Source: a virus
Taxonomy: Duplodnaviria; Caudoviricetes
Length of the DNA stretch: 38,145 nucleotides
Direction: 5' to 3' (one strand)
IMG/VR virus record: IMGVR_UViG_3300036798_000409
Location: 1-38,145 of that record
Under the pieces are notes generated by a model that worked only from the letters and a program-made list of their open reading frames with translations, searched no databases and had not been told where the DNA came from. Shown one piece after another: positions 25,716 to 33,002 of this stretch; the stretch's first letter is position 1, and each line of letters starts with the position of its first letter. The position numbers were made by a program, and so were the translations under genes.

Positions 25716-26033
25716 ATGGACAAGTGGCAAGCCCAACAAATCAACGAGTTTATCCGTCGGAATCCGGACGCCCGCGAGGCGGCCGAGCGCAAGCTGCTAG
25801 CGATCACTTCCCCATTCGGGGCCTCATTGAAGCGAGCTGACGCGTTCGAGCATTTCCTTTCTTCGCCAGATCTTCCCCAGCCTTGTGCTGGGGCCTCATT
25901 GAAGCACGTCTGCCCGCACGGCACGCAGCTCGACCTGCAGGATTGCATGCAATGCGCGGACGAGGCCGAGCTCGCGGATCTGTTGCCGCACAGCACGCTG
26001 ACGGCGCGGCTGCGCGCGGGGATGAAGCCATAA
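25716..26033 (+). CDS. Hypothetical protein containing the CRISPR-like unit
   Basis: AAGGAG SD; 105 aa; CPHG...CxxC; TAATG-coupled to the next ORF. Confidence 0.55.
   Translation: MDKWQAQQINEFIRRNPDAREAAERKLLAITSPFGASLKRADAFEHFLSSPDLPQPCAGASLKHVCPHGTQLDLQDCMQCADEAELADLLPHSTLTARLRAGMKP
25805..25905 (+). CRISPR. Mini-array: shortened repeat, 36-nt spacer, full 36-nt type I-G-like repeat
   Basis: R1 CACTTCCCC-ATTC-GGGGCCTCATTGAAGC (25805-25833); spacer 25834-25869; R2 ATCTTCCCCAGC-CTTGT-GCTGGGGCCTCATTGAAGC (25870-25905). Confidence 0.75.
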
Positions 26034-26122
26034 TGACAACATTTGGCTGGATACTTGCGGTTATTACCGTATCCGGTATAGCTCTGTCTATCGTTGGCCT
26101 AATTTATACATTGGTGCGCTGA
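26033..26122 (+). CDS. Small single-pass membrane protein
   Basis: MTTFGWILAVITVSGIALSIVGLIYTLVR; coupled at both ends; AT-richer. Confidence 0.55.
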   Translation: MTTFGWILAVITVSGIALSIVGLIYTLVR

Positions 26123-27001
26123 ATGATCATCCGCGAGACCGCCTCCGCCTACCATGCCCGCGAGGCGGTCTCGGCCGGTTTCGCATGGGACGTCGTGTCG
26201 AGTTGCCCTGCGCAGGCCTACTATAACTCCGTATTTCATCCCGACCATGTCGCCATCCAAGCCCGCAAGGAGGCGAAGCGGCACAGCAACGAGCTCGATG
26301 TCGGCACGGCGGCGCACCTCGCGGTCCTGGAGAGCCACGTCTTCGCGGAGCGGTGCAGCTTGGTCCCTTACTCGGATTGGCGCACCCAGGACTCGCGCAA
26401 CATCCGCGATCAATGCGTGATCGACGGCAGGGTGCCGCTGCTCGCCAAGGATTACGAGCTCGTGACGAAGCTGCGACTCTCGATCGAGAACAGCGACGCG
26501 GCCGAGTATTTCTTCGGCGAGGGCGAGAGCGAGGTCAGCTTCACGTGGGAAGACAACGGGATCGCCTGCAAGGCCCGCGCCGACCGCATCGTGCCCGGCG
26601 CGATCGTCGACCTGAAGACCGCCATCAGCGCGAGCCCGCAGGCGTTCCAGCGCGCGATGGTGCGCTACGGGCACCATCTGCGGGCGGCGTGGTATCTCGA
26701 TGGCTGGCGAGAGGGCAGCGACCCATCGCCGCATGTCTATGAGGTGTTGAAAGACATGCGGTATCTCTACGTCGTGGTCGCGAAGACCGAGCCGCACCTG
26801 GTCTCGATCAACCGCCTCGACGAACGCGCGCTCGAATGGGGCTGGATGCTTTGCCGCAAGGCCCTGTCCGAGATCAGGCGAGCCTGGGAGACCGGAGTGT
26901 GGTCAGGGTACAGCCTGGAGGGCGATAAGATCAACACCGTGTCGCTCCCGGCTTTCGCCGAGCACCAGCTCGCGGACATGGAGGCCAACGATGAGATTTG
27001 A
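26123..27001 (+). CDS. RecE/exonuclease VIII-like PD-(D/E)XK nuclease
   Basis: YHA...GTAAHLAVLE, ESEVSFTW, CKARAD, IVDLKT, F...YGHHLRAAWY motifs. Confidence 0.85.
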   Translation: MIIRETASAYHAREAVSAGFAWDVVSSCPAQAYYNSVFHPDHVAIQARKEAKRHSNELDVGTAAHLAVLESHVFAERCSLVPYSDWRTQDSRNIRDQCVIDGRVPLLAKDYELVTKLRLSIENSDAAEYFFGEGESEVSFTWEDNGIACKARADRIVPGAIVDLKTAISASPQAFQRAMVRYGHHLRAAWYLDGWREGSDPSPHVYEVLKDMRYLYVVVAKTEPHLVSINRLDERALEWGWMLCRKALSEIRRAWETGVWSGYSLEGDKINTVSLPAFAEHQLADMEANDEI

Positions 27002-27173
27002 TCTTGCGCCGCATCAGGTGTTGTTGGTCCGCCACGCGATCTTGGCGATGCACGCCAGCATCAAGCTTTGCCTGCACAATACCAACATGCCCCCGGCCAC
27101 GGAGCACGCCTGCGAGTTCACATGCGAGCAACTCGAAGAGGTGATCGCGATATTCTCGGAGAAGCCGGAATGA
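26991..27173 (+). CDS. Hypothetical protein
   Basis: GGAGG SD; 60 aa; ATGA-coupled to the ERF gene. Confidence 0.55.
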   Translation: MRFDLAPHQVLLVRHAILAMHASIKLCLHNTNMPPATEHACEFTCEQLEEVIAIFSEKPE

Positions 27174-27991
27174 CCCATGATCTCGACACCGGAGAAATCA
27201 CCTACACGCTCTACCGCCGAAGCGCCGATCTCGGTGCCCTCTTTGCCGCGCTTGCGAAAGCCCAAGCCTCGTTCGCTAGTGCCTCACGGGATGCCGAAAA
27301 CGAAGGCTTCAAGCGCGGCGGCAAGGCGAGCCGCTATGCGACTTTGGAGTCCGTGATCGAGGCCACCAAGATGGGGCTTGCGGAGAACGGGCTGGCGTTG
27401 CTGCAAATGCCCGGCAATCAGGGAACGAGCATCACGGTAACGACAATCCTCGGGCACGGCGAATCCGGGCAGTGGGTCGAGAGCACCTTTGCCGTCGCCC
27501 CATCTCGGTTTGATGCGCAGGGCGCGGGGTCTGTTATCACCTATCTGCGCCGTTACTCACGCATGGCCGTCTGCGGCATCGCGCCCGAGGATGACGACGG
27601 CAACGCGGCCTCGATCGAAGCGCCGCAGAAGCTTGGCCGGCCGCCGCCACGCCGCGCAGGGCCGTTCTCCAAAACGTACCCGGCCGAGCAGGGGTTTGTC
27701 ACAGAGCCGGTTCCCGCCAATAGGGAAAATCCTGTATTGGCCGAGTCTCCTACGGTCGTACCTAACGCCACACTGACGACTCGCGCATGGGGAGCTGCGC
27801 GCGATGGTTTGTGGTCGCTCCAGAGTTTTTGCGAATCGCTAACCCGCACCGAGCGAGCGAGCATCAAGCGGCTGGTGGTCGACGAGCTGCAGCCGTTCGC
27901 GCGTCGGGCGGACGAGGATAGAGTTGCAGACGAGCAACGCGACAGGCTCGACGAGCTGACCGAACGCAAACCGGAGGAGATTCCGCTATGA
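27170..27991 (+). CDS. erf: ERF-family ssDNA annealing protein
   Basis: LFAALAKAQ, YATLESV, ESGQW, QGAGSVITYLRRYS...GIAPEDDDGNAA. Confidence 0.9.
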   Translation: MTHDLDTGEITYTLYRRSADLGALFAALAKAQASFASASRDAENEGFKRGGKASRYATLESVIEATKMGLAENGLALLQMPGNQGTSITVTTILGHGESGQWVESTFAVAPSRFDAQGAGSVITYLRRYSRMAVCGIAPEDDDGNAASIEAPQKLGRPPPRRAGPFSKTYPAEQGFVTEPVPANRENPVLAESPTVVPNATLTTRAWGAARDGLWSLQSFCESLTRTERASIKRLVVDELQPFARRADEDRVADEQRDRLDELTERKPEEIPL

Positions 27992-28464
27992 CCGATCTCG
28001 ACGAGCTGCTTGCCAAGCTGAAAGCGGACGTGGCAGCGAAACATGCGCAGGCTGATATCTTGATGCGCGAGGCCGACCTTGTCGCCGCCCGCATCCAGGG
28101 CGTCGAGGAGGCCCGCGCGGCGATGGTGCTTGCCGAGGGAGACGCTGCGCTTCGAGACATAGATGCGCGCGCCGAGCGGCTTAGGAATCGCAAGCCGCGG
28201 CGCGACATCCGGGCGCTCGTGAAGGCTACGGTCGAGAAAAAAGGCTTGTGCTCCGCCGCAACACTTGAAGAGCAAGCTACCGAGATTGCCGAAGAGATTG
28301 GCTGCCGCAAGTCGCAGGTCGAGGCCGCGCTGCGGGCGATGTCAGTAGTCAAGCCCGATGGCGAATCCGTGAGCCTGCAGCTGGGGGAGCTGCCGCGCGA
28401 GCCTCTTCCCGATGTCGTTTCGGTAGAAGGGGCTCGCCGGCATGCTGATCTTGCGGAGGGTTGA
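27988..28464 (+). CDS. Hypothetical coiled-coil protein
   Basis: GGAGGAG SD, ATGA-coupled; 3' end overlaps the PurD-like gene by about 120 nt. Confidence 0.65.
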   Translation: MTDLDELLAKLKADVAAKHAQADILMREADLVAARIQGVEEARAAMVLAEGDAALRDIDARAERLRNRKPRRDIRALVKATVEKKGLCSAATLEEQATEIAEEIGCRKSQVEAALRAMSVVKPDGESVSLQLGELPREPLPDVVSVEGARRHADLAEG

Positions 28465-29622
28465 GTATGCACTTCTTGCTGCAAGCCGCACTGTGGCGCC
28501 TGTTCCCACGCCTATGCCAACGTATCCTCCGGCAGAGGCCAGAGGGGAGTTTTCGCCCGCCTGACACTCGCACGGGTGGAATCCCTCCGTTTCCCCCCAT
28601 AGGGGCACCCCGACAATCTCCTCGTAATCCCGTGGCGGATGAGGGTACGGCGGTATGGCAAGAACTACTCCCACCGCAACCTCATTCATCGTATGGGCCG
28701 CACGCGTCCACTCTCCGGAGGCCAGAGCATGAAGAAACTCGATAGGATCGCAGGCGAAAAGATCGGTCTCGATGTTGAAGGCAGGCCAGCCGAGCCGCAT
28801 GGTCCACTCAAGGGGCCACGGGTGTCCGCTGTCGTCGATGATGCAGTTGACGTCGACGTTGCCGACATAACCGAGCGCCTCAAGCTGCTCTGCGCACGGT
28901 ACAAGGACTTTCTCCGCGAGTTTGCTACGGCGAACATACCGCATGACTGTGCCCGCTTCGCCGCAGTTCTGGCCCAAATCACCCGCAAAGAGCTTCTTAA
29001 ACTCGAAATTCTCCTCGAAGCCCTCCGCGAAGCCGGCAGGGCCGAACCACCCGCCGGCGGCGAACTCAATCCCCTCGATCGCCTCTTGCAATAGGAACGG
29101 ACACGGAGGGCGGCCATGTTTTTTCTTCCACTTCCGAAGCATGAAGGTGGGATCTTCCTCGACGCCCGTCTTTGCGCTCAAGCTTTTGTCCGCAGTATCC
29201 GAGCATGGCTTAGAATAGAAGGGTTCTCCTCGACGCTCGACGAACTTAATTGCCTCGGTGTAATCGTTGAACTCGCGGAAGGGAGGCGCGGGGATGCCGG
29301 CCTTCTTAAAGACCTGCATTCCCTTGGTGCGGTCGAGCTCCCACGCGGCGCTCTCGGGCGTGCCGCCGATGACGAGCATCCCTTCAGCCTGCCACCGGGC
29401 AGCTTCAGTGAGGTAGGCCCCATTGGCCTCAAGGATGATGATGTCAGCCCACCGAAGCCAGGGATGGAAGTCTGGCACAAGATCAACCAGGCCCTTGCCG
29501 ATTGGCCGAGACCGCGCGTCGTACTTACGGACGAAGAACTTGACCTGATGGCCGGCCTTCTCCGACCGGAGAGCAAGGTCTAAGAGTCCGTCCCCGGCGT
29601 CACAAATTAGGAGAACACGAAT
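28342..29622 (-). CDS. PurD-like ATP-grasp ligase (probable ATT start)
   Basis: WELDR..G, FLLQEAIEGIE, GDLGQNCGEAG (cf. PurD GDTGPNTGGMG), PLEWTMRLGWP. Frame extends 48 codons upstream of the tracked GTG to ATT-CGT-GTT-CTC. Confidence 0.85.
   Translation of the reverse strand: MRVLLICDAGDGLLDLALRSEKAGHQVKFFVRKYDARSRPIGKGLVDLVPDFHPWLRWADIIILEANGAYLTEAARWQAEGMLVIGGTPESAAWELDRTKGMQVFKKAGIPAPPFREFNDYTEAIKFVERRGEPFYSKPCSDTADKSLSAKTGVEEDPTFMLRKWKKKHGRPPCPFLLQEAIEGIEFAAGGWFGPAGFAEGFEENFEFKKLFAGDLGQNCGEAGTVMRYVRRSKLAEKVLVPCAEQLEALGYVGNVDVNCIIDDSGHPWPLEWTMRLGWPAFNIETDLFACDPIEFLHALASGEWTRAAHTMNEVAVGVVLAIPPYPHPPRDYEEIVGVPLWGETEGFHPCECQAGENSPLASAGGYVGIGVGTGATVRLAARSAYSTLRKISMPASPFYRNDIGKRLARQLPQLQAHGFAIGLDY
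28467..28745 (+). CDS. Candidate antisense-overprinted ORF 1
   Basis: GGAGGG-N6-ATG, two nt after the previous stop. Confidence 0.35.
   Translation: MHFLLQAALWRLFPRLCQRILRQRPEGSFRPPDTRTGGIPPFPPIGAPRQSPRNPVADEGTAVWQELLPPQPHSSYGPHASTLRRPEHEETR
28729..29094 (+). CDS. Candidate antisense-overprinted ORF 2
   Basis: GGAGG-N7-ATG overlapping the end of ORF 1. Confidence 0.35.
   Translation: MKKLDRIAGEKIGLDVEGRPAEPHGPLKGPRVSAVVDDAVDVDVADITERLKLLCARYKDFLREFATANIPHDCARFAAVLAQITRKELLKLEILLEALREAGRAEPPAGGELNPLDRLLQ
29116..29583 (+). CDS. Candidate antisense-overprinted ORF 3
   Basis: GGAGGG-N5-ATG, 21 nt after the ORF 2 stop. Confidence 0.35.
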   Translation: MFFLPLPKHEGGIFLDARLCAQAFVRSIRAWLRIEGFSSTLDELNCLGVIVELAEGRRGDAGLLKDLHSLGAVELPRGALGRAADDEHPFSLPPGSFSEVGPIGLKDDDVSPPKPGMEVWHKINQALADWPRPRVVLTDEELDLMAGLLRPESKV

Positions 29623-29890
29623 GCCTTACATCCTTCTGCAAAGTCTCGGCATCCCAGCACCGGGAAGCGTCCGGACAGAGGATCTACCATATTGGTATAG
29701 ACGGCAAAATCAAGCGATGGCTCAGGCCACACAAGCTCAAACCTGGGCTCTAAATGCGGTGGCGAATTTCGATCCCGCGATAATCGTTCAACAAATCAAG
29801 GTGAATGAAGAGAATCGTCGGCGCATAGAATTTGCGAGACTGTCAAAGCATTGGCTGAACGCGATGCTCGACGTGGAATTAGGGTTATGA
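29621..29890 (+). CDS. Hypothetical protein
   Basis: AGGAGA SD; 89 aa; ATGA-coupled downstream. Confidence 0.6.
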   Translation: MPYILLQSLGIPAPGSVRTEDLPYWYRRQNQAMAQATQAQTWALNAVANFDPAIIVQQIKVNEENRRRIEFARLSKHWLNAMLDVELGL

Positions 29891-29994
29891 ACGAGGCCCC
29901 CTGGAGCCCGAGAGCGTGTCTCGCCGTCATCGTCACGGCGTCGCTCGTCGGATGGCTGGCCATCTGGCTGGTGGTCGCGGAGATATTCTCATGA
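29887..29994 (+). CDS. Small membrane protein
   Basis: Not in track: MNEAPWSPRACLAVIVTASLVGWLAIWLVVAEIFS; ATGA at both ends. Confidence 0.6.
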   Translation: MNEAPWSPRACLAVIVTASLVGWLAIWLVVAEIFS

Positions 29995-30359
29995 GGCAGC
30001 CACCTTATTACGACTCCTGGCCTGAGTACCTGTGGGAAACGCTGCTGGAAACGACGGCGGGGTTATGCCTGGTTGTGATGGTGTGCGCGGCCTGGTTTGC
30101 GGCGGGCATGTTGGTAGGTGTTGCCCTGATGGCCGCCGCCCATGCGGGCGAGGTCGCCGACTGCGCGCACGATCGCTACCTTGAGGCTATGGACTCGCCG
30201 AAGACCAACACCGTCGCCGGAATCCTGAAGGCCTCAGATTTTGCCGTCACTTTCTGTCTCGGCCAGCATTCGAGCGCGGCGGACAATGCCGAATTCGACG
30301 CCGGCGTGGATCGCGCGTTCGGCGAATTGATGCAAGCACTAAAGGGGCAAAAGCTATGA
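29991..30359 (+). CDS. Membrane or secreted protein
   Basis: Long hydrophobic segment ending AAAHA; ATGA-coupled. Confidence 0.6.
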   Translation: MRQPPYYDSWPEYLWETLLETTAGLCLVVMVCAAWFAAGMLVGVALMAAAHAGEVADCAHDRYLEAMDSPKTNTVAGILKASDFAVTFCLGQHSSAADNAEFDAGVDRAFGELMQALKGQKL

Positions 30360-30565
30360 AACACCTCATCGCGGGCTCGCTCTATAACATTTACAGCGAT
30401 TTGCCGATCCGACGCTCGGTCGCCGCGATGGGGGGTAGCCCACCCCCGGTTTGCAAGACTTGCGGCCTGTCGGCCTGCCCCAATCTTCGTCGGACAGCGC
30501 CGACTGTCGATGAATATAAGCCACGCACCGATGACGGTGTGACCGTATGGGGGCCGCCATCATGA
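30356..30565 (+). CDS. Small Cys-motif protein
   Basis: CKTCGLSAC; ATGA at both ends. Confidence 0.5.
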   Translation: MKHLIAGSLYNIYSDLPIRRSVAAMGGSPPPVCKTCGLSACPNLRRTAPTVDEYKPRTDDGVTVWGPPS

Positions 30566-30897
30566 AATGCTTTATCGTCGCGGTGACGTTCGTGCAAGAC
30601 GGAACCGGCGTCGGCGCGACATCGCTCGGCTTGCGGGTGTGCCGTGCGCCAGAGACGGCGTCGGCCGGCGTCGCCGCCGAGTTTGTCGCCGACCACGGCC
30701 GCGGCTGGGCGATGGAAACCGTCACCGTGCTCGAAGTGCCGAGCGACTCGCTCGGGCGAGCCGTCGAATTGATCCGCAGCGCTGGGCCAGCGCCTGGGCC
30801 GCAAGGCGTCGTCCCGATGCCGCCGCGGTTAGTGCCGCTGCAAGATACCGCGCCGGATCAGACCGGCTATCCGGAACCTGCAGCGTTTGTCCCGTAG
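30562..30897 (+). CDS. Hypothetical protein
   Basis: MKCFIVAVTF..., ATGA-coupled. Confidence 0.6.
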   Translation: MKCFIVAVTFVQDGTGVGATSLGLRVCRAPETASAGVAAEFVADHGRGWAMETVTVLEVPSDSLGRAVELIRSAGPAPGPQGVVPMPPRLVPLQDTAPDQTGYPEPAAFVP

Positions 30898-30906
30898 TAA
30901 AAAATC

Positions 30907-31134
30907 ATGGAAAGCCGTTTTGAGCTTTACTTGCAACAAGTGCCGTTGGGAAAACGAAGGCCGCTGATCGCTGTGTTAGATACAGCCGAACTCGTAAAAA
31001 TGTGGTTAGAGGATCGCAAAGTCGTCCATACGACTGAAAACCTCATAGCTCTTGTAGAGCTAGTCATACAATACGAACAAAATCCGACCTACGTGCGCAG
31101 ATTAGAGGAGTCGAACGACTCCGAGGATCACTAA
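30907..31134 (+). CDS. Hypothetical protein (AT-richer)
   Basis: 75 aa ORF continuing the plus-strand run. Confidence 0.55.
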   Translation: MESRFELYLQQVPLGKRRPLIAVLDTAELVKMWLEDRKVVHTTENLIALVELVIQYEQNPTYVRRLEESNDSEDH

Positions 31135-31147
31135 GGAGTAAAAAGAG

Positions 31148-31225
31148 ATGATGATCGGGGCTCTGATCGGGATTTTTATCGGGGCGACGTACTTCTTGAT
31201 TACGGAGGCGATCAGGGACCGATAG
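31148..31225 (+). CDS. Small membrane peptide
   Basis: AAGGAG SD; MMIGALIGIFIGATYFLITEAIRDR. Confidence 0.45.
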   Translation: MMIGALIGIFIGATYFLITEAIRDR

Positions 31226-33002
31226 TCGATATGCGTTCGGACTCAACTCCAGCCTCCGGCGCGCCTCGGGAGATAGCCGAGCCAATTGCTCGCGCCGCTG
31301 GTTTCTGAATTTGACGGCCTATTGCGCCTCTAGCCGCTTCGGCTAGTCCGGCCCCAGCAGCCCCGCCGGCGGCCGCTCCTATGCCTGCTCCCATCGGGCC
31401 AAATGTTGAGCCAATCCCGGCGCCGGCGGCGCCTCCGATAGTCCCGCCGAGCAAATCGCCGATGAACCGCTGCATCTTTTGCTGATTGATCGGCCGGCCG
31501 CGCATCATGTCGTCTCCAGCCTCGGCGAACCGCCTCATCAGCTCGTCGTCTTTTGAAAGTTGCCGACGGCGTGACGCGCTCGATCCGAGGCTCATGATCA
31601 CGTCGTGGGGCTGGAAAGTACGGCGCGCGTCGGGGTTGCGCTCGGCCGCGGTGTCCATCGTAACGAACCGTCGCCAGGCGGCATTGATGCGTTGCAGCTG
31701 CGGGCCATAATGCGGGTTTTGGTCGATCAGCGTGTCGCGCATGAGCTGCTGAAGCTGACGCAAGTGCTCGCCGAGCATTTGTTGGTCGGGATCTGCGCGC
31801 GGTCCGACGAATTGCCGGGCGCTCGCGCCGATCTGGCTTTCCGCTTTCTTGAAGGCCTCGCCGTCCAAAACGTTTGAAATCTGGTGCGGAGCGCCTCCGG
31901 TTGGAACCGACACACCTTGACTTAGAGGCTTTGTCACGTAGGTTTCGAGGAACTTGGCGAATTGCGTTGCTTTCGCCGGGGACATGATGTTCGAGCCTTG
32001 AACGAGAGACTTTAACCCGGTGGTGAACTTCGGGTCCGCACCGTCGAACATGAGATGCGGCTTTACGGCATTGAAGGCGTCGTCGAGCTTGTCGTCGACC
32101 GCATCGATGAGCGTGTCGCCTGGCTTGGTGTTGCGCGGTATCGAGCCACCGATAGGCTCGAGCACCTGATTCGCCATGGCGCGCTGGAAGCTATCTGCAT
32201 CTCGGCCTTCGGCTCCTGTCGCCATGCGGGCGAGGTGCGGGAACGTCTGTTGAATTTTCTGCAGCGCGGGCGAGAGTGCGGGGCCGATCATGCCGCCTGC
32301 GCCGCCCATGACGGCGCCCCCAGCCCCACCGATCGCAAGCTGCTTCAATTTGTCGGGCCAGTAATCGCCGCTTGGCGGCGCCGGCTGCGTTGCCGCCCCG
32401 CCCGCGCCCATGGCCGCGCCCAGGCCGAGTCGCGCACCCATGCCTCCAGCTGCGGCCCCTGGCATCATCGCGAGAGGGGCTGTCGCTGCGATGTTCCCGC
32501 CGATCCGGCCGGCTCCAGCCATCATCGGATGCGCCATGCGCGCCGGGTTCTGTGCGTAGGCCTGTCCAGATTGCGCGATGCTTTGATCAATTCCGGCTTG
32601 TAATGGTTTCGGCTGAGGTTGCGCCCCCGGCAGATCGGCCCGCGGCATCATCCTCGGACGCGCAATATCCGGCAAGCGGGTCGCAAGTTGCGCCACGCCT
32701 TGCCCTGTCTCGACAACGCCTTTCTTGAGCCCCTCCCACAGCGCCTCAAGTTTGCCGGGCTGCTCTTGCGGTTTTGGTCTCGAATCGAGCCGGTTCCAAA
32801 TTTCATCGATCTTTTGATTGCCGCTCGGGATGCGAGCGGAAGCCGAAGCACCTTCGGGAGACGAGGCTTGCGGAGCGGCAGGCGCAGGTTTGTCGGACAT
32901 CGCCGCCACGACGTTCTGTTGCGCCGCTGGAGTAAGCGGCGTGACGCCAAGCGACTTCAGGCGCTCTTGGATCTCTGCGATCTTTGCAGCATCGTCAGGC
33001 AT
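31212..33002 (-). CDS. Internal virion (ejection) protein
   Basis: 596 aa, Gly/Ala-rich hydrophobic stretches, helical; last gene of the late arm. Confidence 0.65.
   Translation of the reverse strand: MPDDAAKIAEIQERLKSLGVTPLTPAAQQNVVAAMSDKPAPAAPQASSPEGASASARIPSGNQKIDEIWNRLDSRPKPQEQPGKLEALWEGLKKGVVETGQGVAQLATRLPDIARPRMMPRADLPGAQPQPKPLQAGIDQSIAQSGQAYAQNPARMAHPMMAGAGRIGGNIAATAPLAMMPGAAAGGMGARLGLGAAMGAGGAATQPAPPSGDYWPDKLKQLAIGGAGGAVMGGAGGMIGPALSPALQKIQQTFPHLARMATGAEGRDADSFQRAMANQVLEPIGGSIPRNTKPGDTLIDAVDDKLDDAFNAVKPHLMFDGADPKFTTGLKSLVQGSNIMSPAKATQFAKFLETYVTKPLSQGVSVPTGGAPHQISNVLDGEAFKKAESQIGASARQFVGPRADPDQQMLGEHLRQLQQLMRDTLIDQNPHYGPQLQRINAAWRRFVTMDTAAERNPDARRTFQPHDVIMSLGSSASRRRQLSKDDELMRRFAEAGDDMMRGRPINQQKMQRFIGDLLGGTIGGAAGAGIGSTFGPMGAGIGAAAGGAAGAGLAEAARGAIGRQIQKPAARAIGSAISRGAPEAGVESERISTIGP

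Noticed and set aside
25535-25996. Long N-terminal extension of RusA in the ORF track
   Set aside because: A strong SD and family-typical start lie at 25534; the extension overlaps a divergent gene and the mini-array.
25906-26000. Third CRISPR repeat
   Set aside because: No ATTGAAGC or CTTCCCC at the expected 72-nt spacing on either side.
28342-29622. Assigning the gene symbol purD
   Set aside because: Substrate-binding motifs differ from cellular PurD and there is no pathway context.
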